64,000 nt of DNA from Desulfuromonadales bacterium. Lineage in GTDB: Bacteria; Desulfobacterota; Desulfuromonadia; Desulfuromonadales; JAAYDE01. The notes beneath the pieces were generated by a model, which was not told where the DNA came from, searched no databases, and was given only the letters and a program-made list of their open reading frames with translations. The stretch covers positions 375,053 to 439,052 of the forward strand of contig CAXXJQ010000006.1 of NCBI GenBank assembly GCA_963665045.2. The letters run 5' to 3'. Of the stretch, positions 55,617 to 64,000 are shown piece after piece. The position numbers were made by a program, and so were the translations under genes. Each line of letters begins with the position of its first letter. The stretch's first letter is position 1.

Positions 55617-57002
55617 ATGAGCGAAAAACCCTGGCAAGGACGCTTCAGCCAGCCAACCGATAAATTCGTCGAGGAATTCACCGCCTCCATTGCCTTTGAC
55701 CAACGCCTTTACAACTATGACATCCAGGGGTCAATGGCCCACGCCCGGATGCTGGCGAAACAGGGCATCATTTCGGAGGGAGAGGCCGAACAAATCACAA
55801 CCGGCCTTCAGGACATTCTCGAGGAGATCGATAACGGCAGCTTCGAGTTCTCCGTGGCGCTGGAAGATATCCACATGAACATCGAAGCGCGCCTGATTGA
55901 GCGCATCGGCCCGGTGGGGGGCAAGCTGCATACAGCCCGCTCGCGCAACGACCAGGTGGCCCTCGACATCCGTCTCTACCTGCGGGACGAGATCCGCACC
56001 CTCCTCGGCCAGCTGCAACGCCTGGGTCAGGCCCTGGTCGAGCAGGCCGAAGCCCACCTCGACGTGATCATGCCCGGCTACACCCACCTGCAGACAGCCC
56101 AGCCGATCCTCTTTGCCCATCATTTGCTGGCCTATTTCGAGATGTTCCGGCGTGACCGCGCACGCTTGGAAGACTGTCTGAAAAGGGTCGACGTCCTCCC
56201 TCTCGGGGCAGGTGCTTTGGCCGGAACCACTTTCCCCATCGACCGTGAATTTGTCGCCCGGCAACTCGGCTTTGCCGAAGTCAGCCGCAACAGCCTCGAC
56301 AGCGTTTCCGACCGCGACTTCGCCATAGAGTTCATCAACGCCTGCTCTGTGCTCATGATGCATCTGTCGCGCTTTTCCGAAGAGATCATCCTCTGGTCGA
56401 GCGCCGATTTCAGCTTCGTCGAACTGAGCGATTCCTTCTGCACCGGCAGCTCCATCATGCCGCAGAAAAAAAACCCCGATGTTCCGGAACTGATCCGGGG
56501 CAAAACCGGCCGCATCTATGGCAACCTCATTAATCTTTTGACCCTCATGAAATCTCTCCCGTTGGCTTACAACAAGGATATGCAGGAGGACAAGGAGCCT
56601 CTGTTCGACACCATCGACAACGTCAAAGGCTGCCTCAAGATATTTGCCGATATGATCGCCGGTATGAAAATCCGCCCGGAAAGGATGCGCCAAGCCGCGG
56701 CCAGAGGCTTTTCCACAGCCACAGACATTGCCGACTACCTGGTCCGCAAGGGTATCCCCTTCCGCGACGCCCACGAAGTGGTCGGCAAAGCGGTCCGCTA
56801 CTGCATTGAAAACGCAAAAGACCTCCCCGAACTGTCCCAGGAAGAATACCGCAGCTTTTCGCCGGATATTGAGGGCGACATCTACGATTATGTAACCCTG
56901 GAAGCTTCGGTCGACGCCCGGTCCGCAACCGGAGGAACGGCGACTTCCGCCGTTAAAAAGGAAATTGAACGCGCCCGCCAGGAGCTTCTGCAATGGAATT
57001 GA
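55617..57002 (+). CDS. argH: argininosuccinate lyase
   Basis: [38 protein letters not shown] signature. Confidence 0.97.
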   Translation: MSEKPWQGRFSQPTDKFVEEFTASIAFDQRLYNYDIQGSMAHARMLAKQGIISEGEAEQITTGLQDILEEIDNGSFEFSVALEDIHMNIEARLIERIGPVGGKLHTARSRNDQVALDIRLYLRDEIRTLLGQLQRLGQALVEQAEAHLDVIMPGYTHLQTAQPILFAHHLLAYFEMFRRDRARLEDCLKRVDVLPLGAGALAGTTFPIDREFVARQLGFAEVSRNSLDSVSDRDFAIEFINACSVLMMHLSRFSEEIILWSSADFSFVELSDSFCTGSSIMPQKKNPDVPELIRGKTGRIYGNLINLLTLMKSLPLAYNKDMQEDKEPLFDTIDNVKGCLKIFADMIAGMKIRPERMRQAAARGFSTATDIADYLVRKGIPFRDAHEVVGKAVRYCIENAKDLPELSQEEYRSFSPDIEGDIYDYVTLEASVDARSATGGTATSAVKKEIERARQELLQWN

Positions 57003-57775
57003 GTTTTGTCAATAAAAAAGGGCTTTCGTTAGGGCTCCTCATGCTGATGTTGCTCTCTTTGGCCGCCTGCGGAGTAAAAGGGCCGGTTAAACCTCCGCGC
57101 GCCCATCTGCCCGAAGCTCCCGGGAACCTGGCCCTGGCACAGACAGATTCGTATTTTCTTATTTCCTGGACCATTCCAAAAACCAACGAAGACGGTTCCC
57201 CGCTTGAGGATCTGCAAGGTTTTGACATCTACAAAACCGGCTATGATCCCAACTCCGGCTGCCCCGGCTGCAACGAATCCCAGGAAGTTTTCCGACATCT
57301 CGATCTCGAATACCTGCGGCAAGCCTCCCGAAAAGGAGAAATAATTTTCTTCCGGGATTTCGACCTGGAACCCGACTTTGGTTATCGCTACAAGGTCGTC
57401 CCTTTCAACCGCAAAGGCCAGTTGGGTAATAGTGCAACCAACCAGAGAGCGTTTCTGATAGCGCCACCACCCCCGGAAAATCTCCAAATTGGCATAGGGG
57501 ATGACACCAGCACTCTGACCTGGTCTGTCAGAACGACGGAAAAGCCAGAGGCCGGCTTCCTCGGCTATAACATCTACCGTCAGGAAGGCGACGCTCCAAG
57601 CCCTCTCAACCCCGTCAATGAAGACTACTGGGCCGATAACAGCTATACCGACCGGGCGCTTGAGAAAGGCAAGGCCTACATTTACACCTTACGATCCGTA
57701 TGGCGCCTTCAAGGTCTGATTGTTGAAAGTGCTGATTCAAATCCAGTTTCAACCGTGCTCCCGAAAATTGATTAG
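56993..57775 (+). CDS. lipoprotein with LptM-like N-terminus and two fibronectin-type-III-like modules
   Basis: Lipobox and motif [16 protein letters not shown]. Two beta-sandwich-like repeats (..[16 protein letters not shown] and ..[19 protein letters not shown]). Overlaps the argH 3' end by 10 nt. Confidence 0.7.
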   Translation: MELSFVNKKGLSLGLLMLMLLSLAACGVKGPVKPPRAHLPEAPGNLALAQTDSYFLISWTIPKTNEDGSPLEDLQGFDIYKTGYDPNSGCPGCNESQEVFRHLDLEYLRQASRKGEIIFFRDFDLEPDFGYRYKVVPFNRKGQLGNSATNQRAFLIAPPPPENLQIGIGDDTSTLTWSVRTTEKPEAGFLGYNIYRQEGDAPSPLNPVNEDYWADNSYTDRALEKGKAYIYTLRSVWRLQGLIVESADSNPVSTVLPKID

Positions 57776-57947
57776 CCCGCTAATGCATGTGGCTTTGTTG
57801 AAGAATCAACAGCAAACGGGAAGGACTTCATAAACAATCCGGGCTATGCCCCCCCTGAAAAATATGTTATTTTTTGAAAAATTGGGGGGAAATCGTTTTT
57901 TCAAATCAGCTTAAATCCCCTTAGCCACTATCAAATGAAGGTTTGCT

Positions 57948-59201
57948 ATGAATCATTTTCAGTATGTCGATAACGATCTGTTCTGCGAAAAAGTGGCGGT
58001 CAAGGACATCGCCTCCCAAGTTGGAACCCCCTTTTACCTTTATTCCCACGCCACCCTGACACGTCATATCCGCGGCTTTCAGGAGTCTTTTGCGTCGGTG
58101 CCCCACCTGGTCTGTTTTTCGGTTAAAGCCAACAGTAATCTGGCCGTCCTGAAAATTTTCATCAACAACGGCGCGGGCCTCGACATCGTTTCGGGAGGCG
58201 AACTCTACCGTGGCCTCAAGGCAGGCTGCAGTGCTGACAAAATTGTCTACTCAGGGGTCGGCAAAAGCGCCCGGGAAATTCGGGAAGCTCTGGAAGCGGG
58301 CATTCTCATGTTCAATGTCGAATCTCCCCAGGAACTTGAGCAGATCAATGCCATCGCCGGGGAAATGGGGAAAAAGGCCCCTGTCGCCATCCGCGTCAAT
58401 CCCGATGTCGACCCCCAGACTCATCCCTATATTTCCACGGGTATGAAAAAAGCCAAGTTCGGCATCAATATTCAGGAAGCGGTGCAGGAATACCGCAAAG
58501 CGGCCACACTGCCCAATATTGAAGTCATCGGCGTGGATTGCCATATCGGCAGCCAACTGACCAAATTATCACCCTTCGTAGATGCCATTGAAAAAATCCG
58601 CCTTCTCGTGGCGACCCTTCAGGAAGAGGGTTTCGCCATCCGCTACCTCGACCTCGGCGGCGGGTTGGGCATCACCTATGAGGACGAAACCCCACCCGAT
58701 TTCGATGGCTACGCCCAAGCCATTATCAACGCAACCAAGGGCTTGAATCTGACTCTGGTCTTCGAACCGGGTCGGGTTCTGACTGGCAACGCCGGCATTC
58801 TGGTCTGCAAGGTCCTTTACACCAAAAAGGGGGAAGTCAAAAACTTCGTCATCAGCGACGGCGCCATGAACGATCTCGCCCGTCCGGCCCTCTACGGTGC
58901 TTTTCAGGGTATCCTGCCCGTTGACCGTTCGCAACAAGACACCCTGGTGGCCGATGTCGTCGGCCCGATCTGCGAGTCGGGCGACTTCTTTGCCCGCGAC
59001 CGGGAAATCGCCGCTTTCCAGCCTGGCGATCTGCTGGCGGTAACCTCGGCAGGGGCTTACGGCTTCACCATGAGCTCCAACTATAACAGCCGCCCCCGCG
59101 TACCGGAAATCCTGGTCAAAGAAGACCAGATCCTGACCGTGCGCGAAAGGGAAAGCTACGAAAACCTGATCCAGGGAGAAAACATCCCTGACAATTTATA
59201 A
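57948..59201 (+). CDS. lysA: diaminopimelate decarboxylase
   Basis: GTPFYLYS, the PLP-Lys region FSVKANSN, DLGGGLGI, GPICESGD. Confidence 0.95.
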   Translation: MNHFQYVDNDLFCEKVAVKDIASQVGTPFYLYSHATLTRHIRGFQESFASVPHLVCFSVKANSNLAVLKIFINNGAGLDIVSGGELYRGLKAGCSADKIVYSGVGKSAREIREALEAGILMFNVESPQELEQINAIAGEMGKKAPVAIRVNPDVDPQTHPYISTGMKKAKFGINIQEAVQEYRKAATLPNIEVIGVDCHIGSQLTKLSPFVDAIEKIRLLVATLQEEGFAIRYLDLGGGLGITYEDETPPDFDGYAQAIINATKGLNLTLVFEPGRVLTGNAGILVCKVLYTKKGEVKNFVISDGAMNDLARPALYGAFQGILPVDRSQQDTLVADVVGPICESGDFFARDREIAAFQPGDLLAVTSAGAYGFTMSSNYNSRPRVPEILVKEDQILTVRERESYENLIQGENIPDNL

Positions 59202-59258
59202 ATCCGGGTTGACTAAAGAACCACAACCGAGCTGAAAAAGTGTAAAAGGAGGAAAGAG

Positions 59259-60134
59259 ATGTTCAGAGGATCCATGGTCGCCATCATCACGCCGTTTGAT
59301 GGGGAAGGCCGGTTCGATGAAGAGAGGTACCGCGAGCTGATAGAATTTCAGATCGAAAACGGCACCGATGTCATCGTCCCCTGCGGCACCACCGGAGAAT
59401 CCGCAACCCTCAATTATGAGGAGCACGATCAGGTCATCAGGGCCTGCATCGAGCAGGTCAACAAGCGGGTTCCGGTTTTGGCCGGCACCGGCTCCAACGC
59501 CACCCAGGAAGCCATTGATATCAGCGACCATGCCAAAAAAATGGGGGCCGACGGGGTTCTGCTGGTAGCCCCCTATTACAACAAGCCTACCCAGGAAGGC
59601 CTTTTTCAACACTATAAAAAAATCGCCGAGAGTGTCGCAATTCCTCAGGTTCTTTACAATGTGCCCGGCCGCACGGTCGTCAACATGAGTGCAGACACCA
59701 CCATCCGTCTCGCTGAATTGCCGAATGTAGTGGCCGTAAAGGAGGCTTCAGGCAACCTTACCCAGATCAGTCAAATTATCGCCCAGGCGGGAGATAAAAT
59801 CGATGTGGTTTCCGGGGACGATTTTCTTACTTTCCCGATTATGGCCTGCGGCGGCAAAGGCGTTATTTCCGTCACCGCCAACATCATGCCCAAGGAAGTG
59901 AAGACCATGGTTGCCGCCGTCCAGGATGGCCGCTGGGAAGACGCCCGGGCCATTCATCTCAAAATGCTGAACATCCATCAGGCCATGTTCATTGAAAGCA
60001 GTCCGACACCAGTCAAGACCGCTGCTGCCCTGATGGGCAAATGCGAGCTCCACCTCCGCCTGCCGCTGGTACCCCTGCAGCCGAAGAGTCTGGAGAAGCT
60101 CAAGACAATTATGAAACAGTACGACTTGATCTGA
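59259..60134 (+). CDS. dapA: 4-hydroxy-tetrahydrodipicolinate synthase
   Basis: GSMVAIITPF, GTTGESATL, YNVPGRT, and the catalytic-Lys region VVAVKEASG. Confidence 0.95.
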   Translation: MFRGSMVAIITPFDGEGRFDEERYRELIEFQIENGTDVIVPCGTTGESATLNYEEHDQVIRACIEQVNKRVPVLAGTGSNATQEAIDISDHAKKMGADGVLLVAPYYNKPTQEGLFQHYKKIAESVAIPQVLYNVPGRTVVNMSADTTIRLAELPNVVAVKEASGNLTQISQIIAQAGDKIDVVSGDDFLTFPIMACGGKGVISVTANIMPKEVKTMVAAVQDGRWEDARAIHLKMLNIHQAMFIESSPTPVKTAAALMGKCELHLRLPLVPLQPKSLEKLKTIMKQYDLI

Positions 60135-60177
60135 GACCCTGACCTGGCAACCCAATAAAATCCGTGGAGAAACTAAA

Positions 60178-60975
60178 ATGATTAAAACGGCTGTAACCGG
60201 AGCCGCCGGCCGCATGGGGGGCCGGATCATTCATATCATCAGAGAATCAGAGGCCCTTGAACTGGGCGGTGCCGTGGAGCTTTCCGGTCACCGTATAGGC
60301 GAAGATGCGGGAAGTGTTGCCGGCGCTTCTCCCCTCGGGGTGGCCATCACCGATTCTTTAGAGGAAGCTCTGGCCGACTGTTCAACCCTCATCGACTTCA
60401 CCTATCCTGAAGTGACTATGGCCAATCTCGATGTCTGCGTGCGTCTCGGAAAGCGCGTGGTTATCGGCACCACCGGTCTTTCCCCCGACCAGCGGGAAAA
60501 GATCCGTCAGGCAGGAGAGAAAATCCCCGTTGTATTCGCACCTAACATGAGTATCGGGGTCAATGTTTGTTTGCGGGTATTAAAAGACCTGACCCGTATT
60601 CTTGGCAGCGACTTCGATACTGAGATCGTAGAACTTCATCACAACAAAAAGAAGGACGCCCCTTCAGGAACGGCCATCCGCATGGGTGAAGTCATTGCCG
60701 AAGCAGCGGGAAAAAATTTTGCTGAAAGCGCCGTTTATAGCCGCCACGGCATGATCGGCGAACGCAGCTCCGGAGAGATCGGCCTGCAGACCGTGCGCGG
60801 CGGTGATATAATCGGCGAACACACGGTCTACTTTATTGCCAACGGCGAACGCATCGAGCTAACCCACCGGGCCATGACCCGCGACATGTTTGCCCGTGGC
60901 GCGGTCCGCGCCGCGGCCTGGCTGGCGGAAAAAAAACCAGGGTTCTACGATATGCAGGATGTTCTGGATTTTTGA
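60178..60975 (+). CDS. dapB: 4-hydroxy-tetrahydrodipicolinate reductase
   Basis: VTGAAGRMG, GTTG, the ELHHNKKKDAPSGTA signature, R.GDI.GEHTV. Confidence 0.95.
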   Translation: MIKTAVTGAAGRMGGRIIHIIRESEALELGGAVELSGHRIGEDAGSVAGASPLGVAITDSLEEALADCSTLIDFTYPEVTMANLDVCVRLGKRVVIGTTGLSPDQREKIRQAGEKIPVVFAPNMSIGVNVCLRVLKDLTRILGSDFDTEIVELHHNKKKDAPSGTAIRMGEVIAEAAGKNFAESAVYSRHGMIGERSSGEIGLQTVRGGDIIGEHTVYFIANGERIELTHRAMTRDMFARGAVRAAAWLAEKKPGFYDMQDVLDF

Positions 60976-61013
60976 CAACGGCGCTCTAAAAAATTTATTT
61001 AGAGGGCGGACAA

Positions 61014-61217
61014 TTTTTTCCCTTCGACACAGCCGGAACGAATGGAAGGTTTTGAGAAAAAGACGGGCAGACTGTTTGAGCGAAGCGAGTTTCTGACCGT
61101 CCATAAAACCTTCCTGGAGTGACGGGAACCCGAAGGGCAAGTCGCAGGGCGTCCTTTTCTTTGCTTCTTTCTTTTTGACGAAAAAAGAAAGAAGGCGTCG
61201 TCGGGGACGCAACCCCG
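61014..61217 (+). repeat. intergenic repeat family A, full copy 3 (dapB | dapL)
   Basis: Aligns with 15886-16095 and 55315-55522. 13/14-bp stem 61164-61176/61181-61194. Track ORFs 60859..61212 and 60999..61244 (-) are probably spurious. Confidence 0.85.
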
Positions 61218-61365
61218 AAGCCTTAGTTTGAATCGTAAAAACATCCGGAACAGTTTTTTTTATTACGCTGTTTTAGCAGCCTCTTGCCAAATGATGTAAT
61301 TCATCTTCTGGGGCGTTGAAAAAACGACTTCGAAATTTATTTTAACAATGAGGGAATTAAATAAC

Positions 61366-62598
61366 ATGGCACGCATTAACGACAGCTACCTGAAACTCAA
61401 GGCCGGTTACCTTTTCCCGGAAATCGGCCGCCGGGTCAAAAATTTCGCCGAAGCCAACCCCAACGCCAAAATCATCCGCCTCGGAATCGGCGACGTAACC
61501 CGCCCCCTGGCACCTGCCGTTCTGGAAGCTTTTCACCAGGCAGTCGACGATCTCGGCCGGGGAGAAAGCTTCCACGGCTACGGACCTGAACAGGGCTATG
61601 ACTTTCTTATCAACGTCATTATCGACAAGGTCTATAAACCTCTTGGCGTCAGCCTGAAATCATCCGAGGTCTTTATTTCCGATGGCTCCAAGTGCGACAC
61701 CGCCAACATTCTTGACATCTTCGATCTCGGCAACAAGGTGGCGCTGGGCGACCCGGTCTATCCGGTCTATAACGATACCAACGTCATGGTCGGCCGCAGT
61801 GGCGAAGCCGATGAAAAAGGCTATTACGAAGGTCTGGTTTATATGCCGTGCCTGGAAGAGAACGGCTTTCTCCCCGAATTGCCTCAGGAACAAGTCGATC
61901 TCATCTACCTCTGCTTCCCCAACAACCCCACCGGCACCGTGGCAAGCAAGGCCGAATTGAAAAAATGGGTCGATTTCGCCCTTGAAAAGAATGCTCTCAT
62001 TCTTTTCGATGCGGCCTACGAAGCGTTTATTACGGAAGCGGATATCCCTCGCTCTATCTTCGAGATTCCTGGCGCGGAAAAATGCTCCATCGAATTTCGC
62101 AGTTTTTCCAAAACTTCCGGTTTCACCGGCGTGCGCTGCGCCTTGACCGTCATTCCCGACGGGGTATACGGCACCAACAACAATGGCGAGAAAATTCAAC
62201 TCAACAAGTTGTGGAACCGCCGCCAGTCGACCAAATTCAACGGCGTCTCCTATCCGGTTCAAAAAGCGGCCGCCGCCGTATATTCCGAAGAAGGCTGGAA
62301 ACAGGTAAAAGAAACCATCGACTATTACATGGAAAATGCCCGCATTATCTGTGAAGGCCTAAAACAGGCAGGTCTTTCCGTCTATGGCGGGGTAAACGCC
62401 CCCTACATCTGGCTGAAAACCCCGCAGGGTCTAAGCAGTTGGGATTTCTTTGACAAGCTTCTCAATGAGTGCCATGTGGTCGGCACCCCCGGCAGCGGCT
62501 TCGGCCCCAGCGGGGAAGGTTATTTTCGACTGTCCGCCTTCGGAGACCGGGAAAATATCCAGGAAGCGGTGACGCGCATCAAAACTAAATTCACCTGA
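61366..62598 (+). CDS. dapL: LL-diaminopimelate aminotransferase
   Basis: [21 protein letters not shown]-terminus is typical of DapL. Also NNPTG and [13 protein letters not shown] (PLP Lys). ATG at 61366. Confidence 0.9.
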   Translation: MARINDSYLKLKAGYLFPEIGRRVKNFAEANPNAKIIRLGIGDVTRPLAPAVLEAFHQAVDDLGRGESFHGYGPEQGYDFLINVIIDKVYKPLGVSLKSSEVFISDGSKCDTANILDIFDLGNKVALGDPVYPVYNDTNVMVGRSGEADEKGYYEGLVYMPCLEENGFLPELPQEQVDLIYLCFPNNPTGTVASKAELKKWVDFALEKNALILFDAAYEAFITEADIPRSIFEIPGAEKCSIEFRSFSKTSGFTGVRCALTVIPDGVYGTNNNGEKIQLNKLWNRRQSTKFNGVSYPVQKAAAAVYSEEGWKQVKETIDYYMENARIICEGLKQAGLSVYGGVNAPYIWLKTPQGLSSWDFFDKLLNECHVVGTPGSGFGPSGEGYFRLSAFGDRENIQEAVTRIKTKFT

Positions 62599-62605
62599 CA
62601 GGAAG

Positions 62606-62634
62606 AGGGCGATGAGATTCATCGCCCTTTTTTC
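62606..62634 (+). terminator. intrinsic terminator after dapL
   Basis: AGGGCGATGA-GAT-TCATCGCCCT followed by TTTTT. Confidence 0.8.
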
Positions 62635-62934
62635 CCCTTGTCCTCTTTGTTGTAAATGACCTTGCGCCCCCATTCCCGCGGATACATAAACCCATCACAA
62701 GGGCTAAATCTGACAATTTCGCCAGTATGAATCACAGGTTCCTTTAATGGATTCGATGACCAGTGTTAGGTTTTCCATCTTGATACACTGTCCGAATTTT
62801 GGGCACCACCTCTGAATACTTGTATCATGAAGTAAAAGATTTTCTGTCTTACATCCCCCCATTCTCTGTGCTTTCCATTTCTTTACATGCGGTTCCCGAA
62901 AGACTCAGGCTTGTTCAAACAGAGAAGCGACTTC

Positions 62935-63513
62935 TTAGAAAATATAAAAACAAACTAACCGACCCACAGCAAGGCCTATTAATGAGCCCAGCATGGCTCC
63001 AACGAGGACATCAGTGGGGTAGTGCAGGCCAAGGAAAATACGCGAGAAGCCGATTAGTATGGCAATGGGCAGAAAGACCCCCAAGGAAGCTGGAATCAAT
63101 ACAAACAGGGAACTGCAGGCCGCAAAAGCAGTCATTGTATGGCCCGAGGGGAAGGAAAAACGATCTTGGGGTGGCATCTGGCACGACAGATCGGCCCAGA
63201 TTTCAAAAGGGCGAGGCCGACCGATAAGCTTTTTGAGGAAGGTGAAAAGACCCACACATATAAAGATGGAAACGGTTGCGGCCAACACCGCCCAGAGCTC
63301 GACGGTACCTCCAAATGTAACTAAGGCAATAGCGGTAAGGTACCATAAAGGACCGTCACCTAAACGGCTCGCTGTGCGCAGGAGGGCGGTGAGGGGGCGG
63401 AAGCGGCGCCAACTGGAGACCCGGAGAACCATTTTGGCCTCCACCGGAGTAATGTGGCGAGTGTAATATACGACCAAATCGCCGGCGAGTGTGGTCCTCT
63501 TGCTGATCAACAT
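62935..63513 (-). CDS. PAP2-family phosphatase (membrane)
   Basis: The three PAP2 motifs KKLIGRPRP, PSGH, and SRIFLGLHYPTDV. Confidence 0.85.
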   Translation of the reverse strand: MLISKRTTLAGDLVVYYTRHITPVEAKMVLRVSSWRRFRPLTALLRTASRLGDGPLWYLTAIALVTFGGTVELWAVLAATVSIFICVGLFTFLKKLIGRPRPFEIWADLSCQMPPQDRFSFPSGHTMTAFAACSSLFVLIPASLGVFLPIAILIGFSRIFLGLHYPTDVLVGAMLGSLIGLAVGRLVCFYIF

Positions 63514-63583
63514 GACAAATCCCTTTGGGAATTGGAAAGTGTCTTCTCTATCGGGCGGTCAAGGAGAACTGCCTGAGCTTGGC

Positions 63584-64000
63584 CTAAGCGAACACACCTT
63601 GGCAGATTTGCCGGTAAGCTTGGCGGACGACCTCATTGACCTGCTGCCAGTTCTGCTGCTGCGCATATTCACGGGCCTTAATTCCGCAACAGCGCATATC
63701 CTCGCGATGGTTAAGAAAGTGTTCCATGGCTCGGGCCAGGGCTGGGACCGTGGTTTCTCCGACCAGTTTGCCGGTCTGGCCGTCGAGAACGATATCCTGC
63801 GGCCCAGATACCTGAAAACCGACCACCGGCAGTCCCGAGGCCATGGCTTCGAGAATGACATTGCCGAAGGTTTCGGTAACAGAGGGAAAAACCATAGCGT
63901 CGGCAGCGGCATAGAGGCAGGCCAAATCCTCGCCATGACGGTAGCCCGCAAACACCACGCGCTCATCGGCGTCTGCGAGCAATGCGGTACGTAGGGGGCC
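63584..64000 (-). CDS. family-1 (GT4-type) glycosyltransferase, C-terminal part; 5' end outside window
   Basis: The frame is open to base 64000. AAADAMVFPSVTETFGNVILEAMASGLPVV contains the E-x7-E-type motif of GT4 enzymes. Confidence 0.8.
   Translation of the reverse strand, partial: GPLRTALLADADERVVFAGYRHGEDLACLYAAADAMVFPSVTETFGNVILEAMASGLPVVGFQVSGPQDIVLDGQTGKLVGETTVPALARAMEHFLNHREDMRCCGIKAREYAQQQNWQQVNEVVRQAYRQICQGVFA

Noticed and set aside
62640-62934. Short minus-strand ORF pieces in three frames between dapL and the PAP2 gene. One example is GTG..VIHTGEIVRFSPCDGFMYPREWGRKVIYNKEDKGKKGR. They could be a decayed small gene.
   Set aside because: Each piece is under 40 codons and I recognise no family. 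The starts are weak GTG or ATG codons with marginal RBSs, so this cannot be told apart from chance ORFs without comparative data.
1-64000. I looked for CRISPR arrays, tRNA, rRNA or tmRNA genes, intact IS elements, prophage or integrase genes, and recognisable defence systems.
   Set aside because: I saw no regularly spaced direct repeats, no cloverleaf-like conserved tRNA boxes in intergenic gaps, and no transposase, integrase or phage-like ORFs. All large ORFs are accounted for by the calls above.

Overview
This 64-kb segment looks chromosomal and mostly core. Gene content and order (pgpA-cinA-thpR-recA-pilT-recX-alaS-hslVU-argBDF-argG-argH-lysA-dapAB-dapL) suggest a Desulfuromonadales/Geobacter-like deltaproteobacterium, but that rests on my memory of synteny and no search was run.

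Content from left to right:
- Cobalamin genes cobD-cbiB-cobO.
- A minus-strand aldehyde dehydrogenase plus two CrtI/CrtN-type desaturases, resembling a C30-carotenoid pathway.
- azlCD and rdgC.
- A cobalamin riboswitch with promoter and terminator, controlling periplasmic cbiK, a FecCD-type ABC importer and a polytopic membrane protein.
- A signalling block: orphan periplasmic binding proteins, a hybrid histidine kinase, REC-GGDEF-EAL and dCache-PAS-GAF-GGDEF proteins.
- A more accessory-looking stretch at 26.6-38.4 kb. It holds an R/D/Y-rich secreted protein, DUF309, flavodoxin, a YgbA-like protein and a small TPR gene inside AT-rich non-coding islands with poly-C/poly-G tracts. It also holds a Cys-less rhodanese-YceI fusion, an ECF sigma operon with CBM48-like modules, and a small Cys/His protein.
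- larBC, then the housekeeping recA-to-dapL block.

Most notable observations that are not ordinary genes:
1. A structured repeat family of about 205-210 nt sits between co-directional genes (3 full and 2 truncated copies). Compensatory changes preserve its stems.
2. A second repeat family of about 125 nt has 2 copies.
3. A conserved C-terminal Cys/His module forms the output of two membrane proteins; one copy is degenerate.
4. argG is split by one extra A in an A9 run.

No rRNA, tRNA, CRISPR array, intact transposase or prophage was recognised. All family assignments come from motif recognition by eye.
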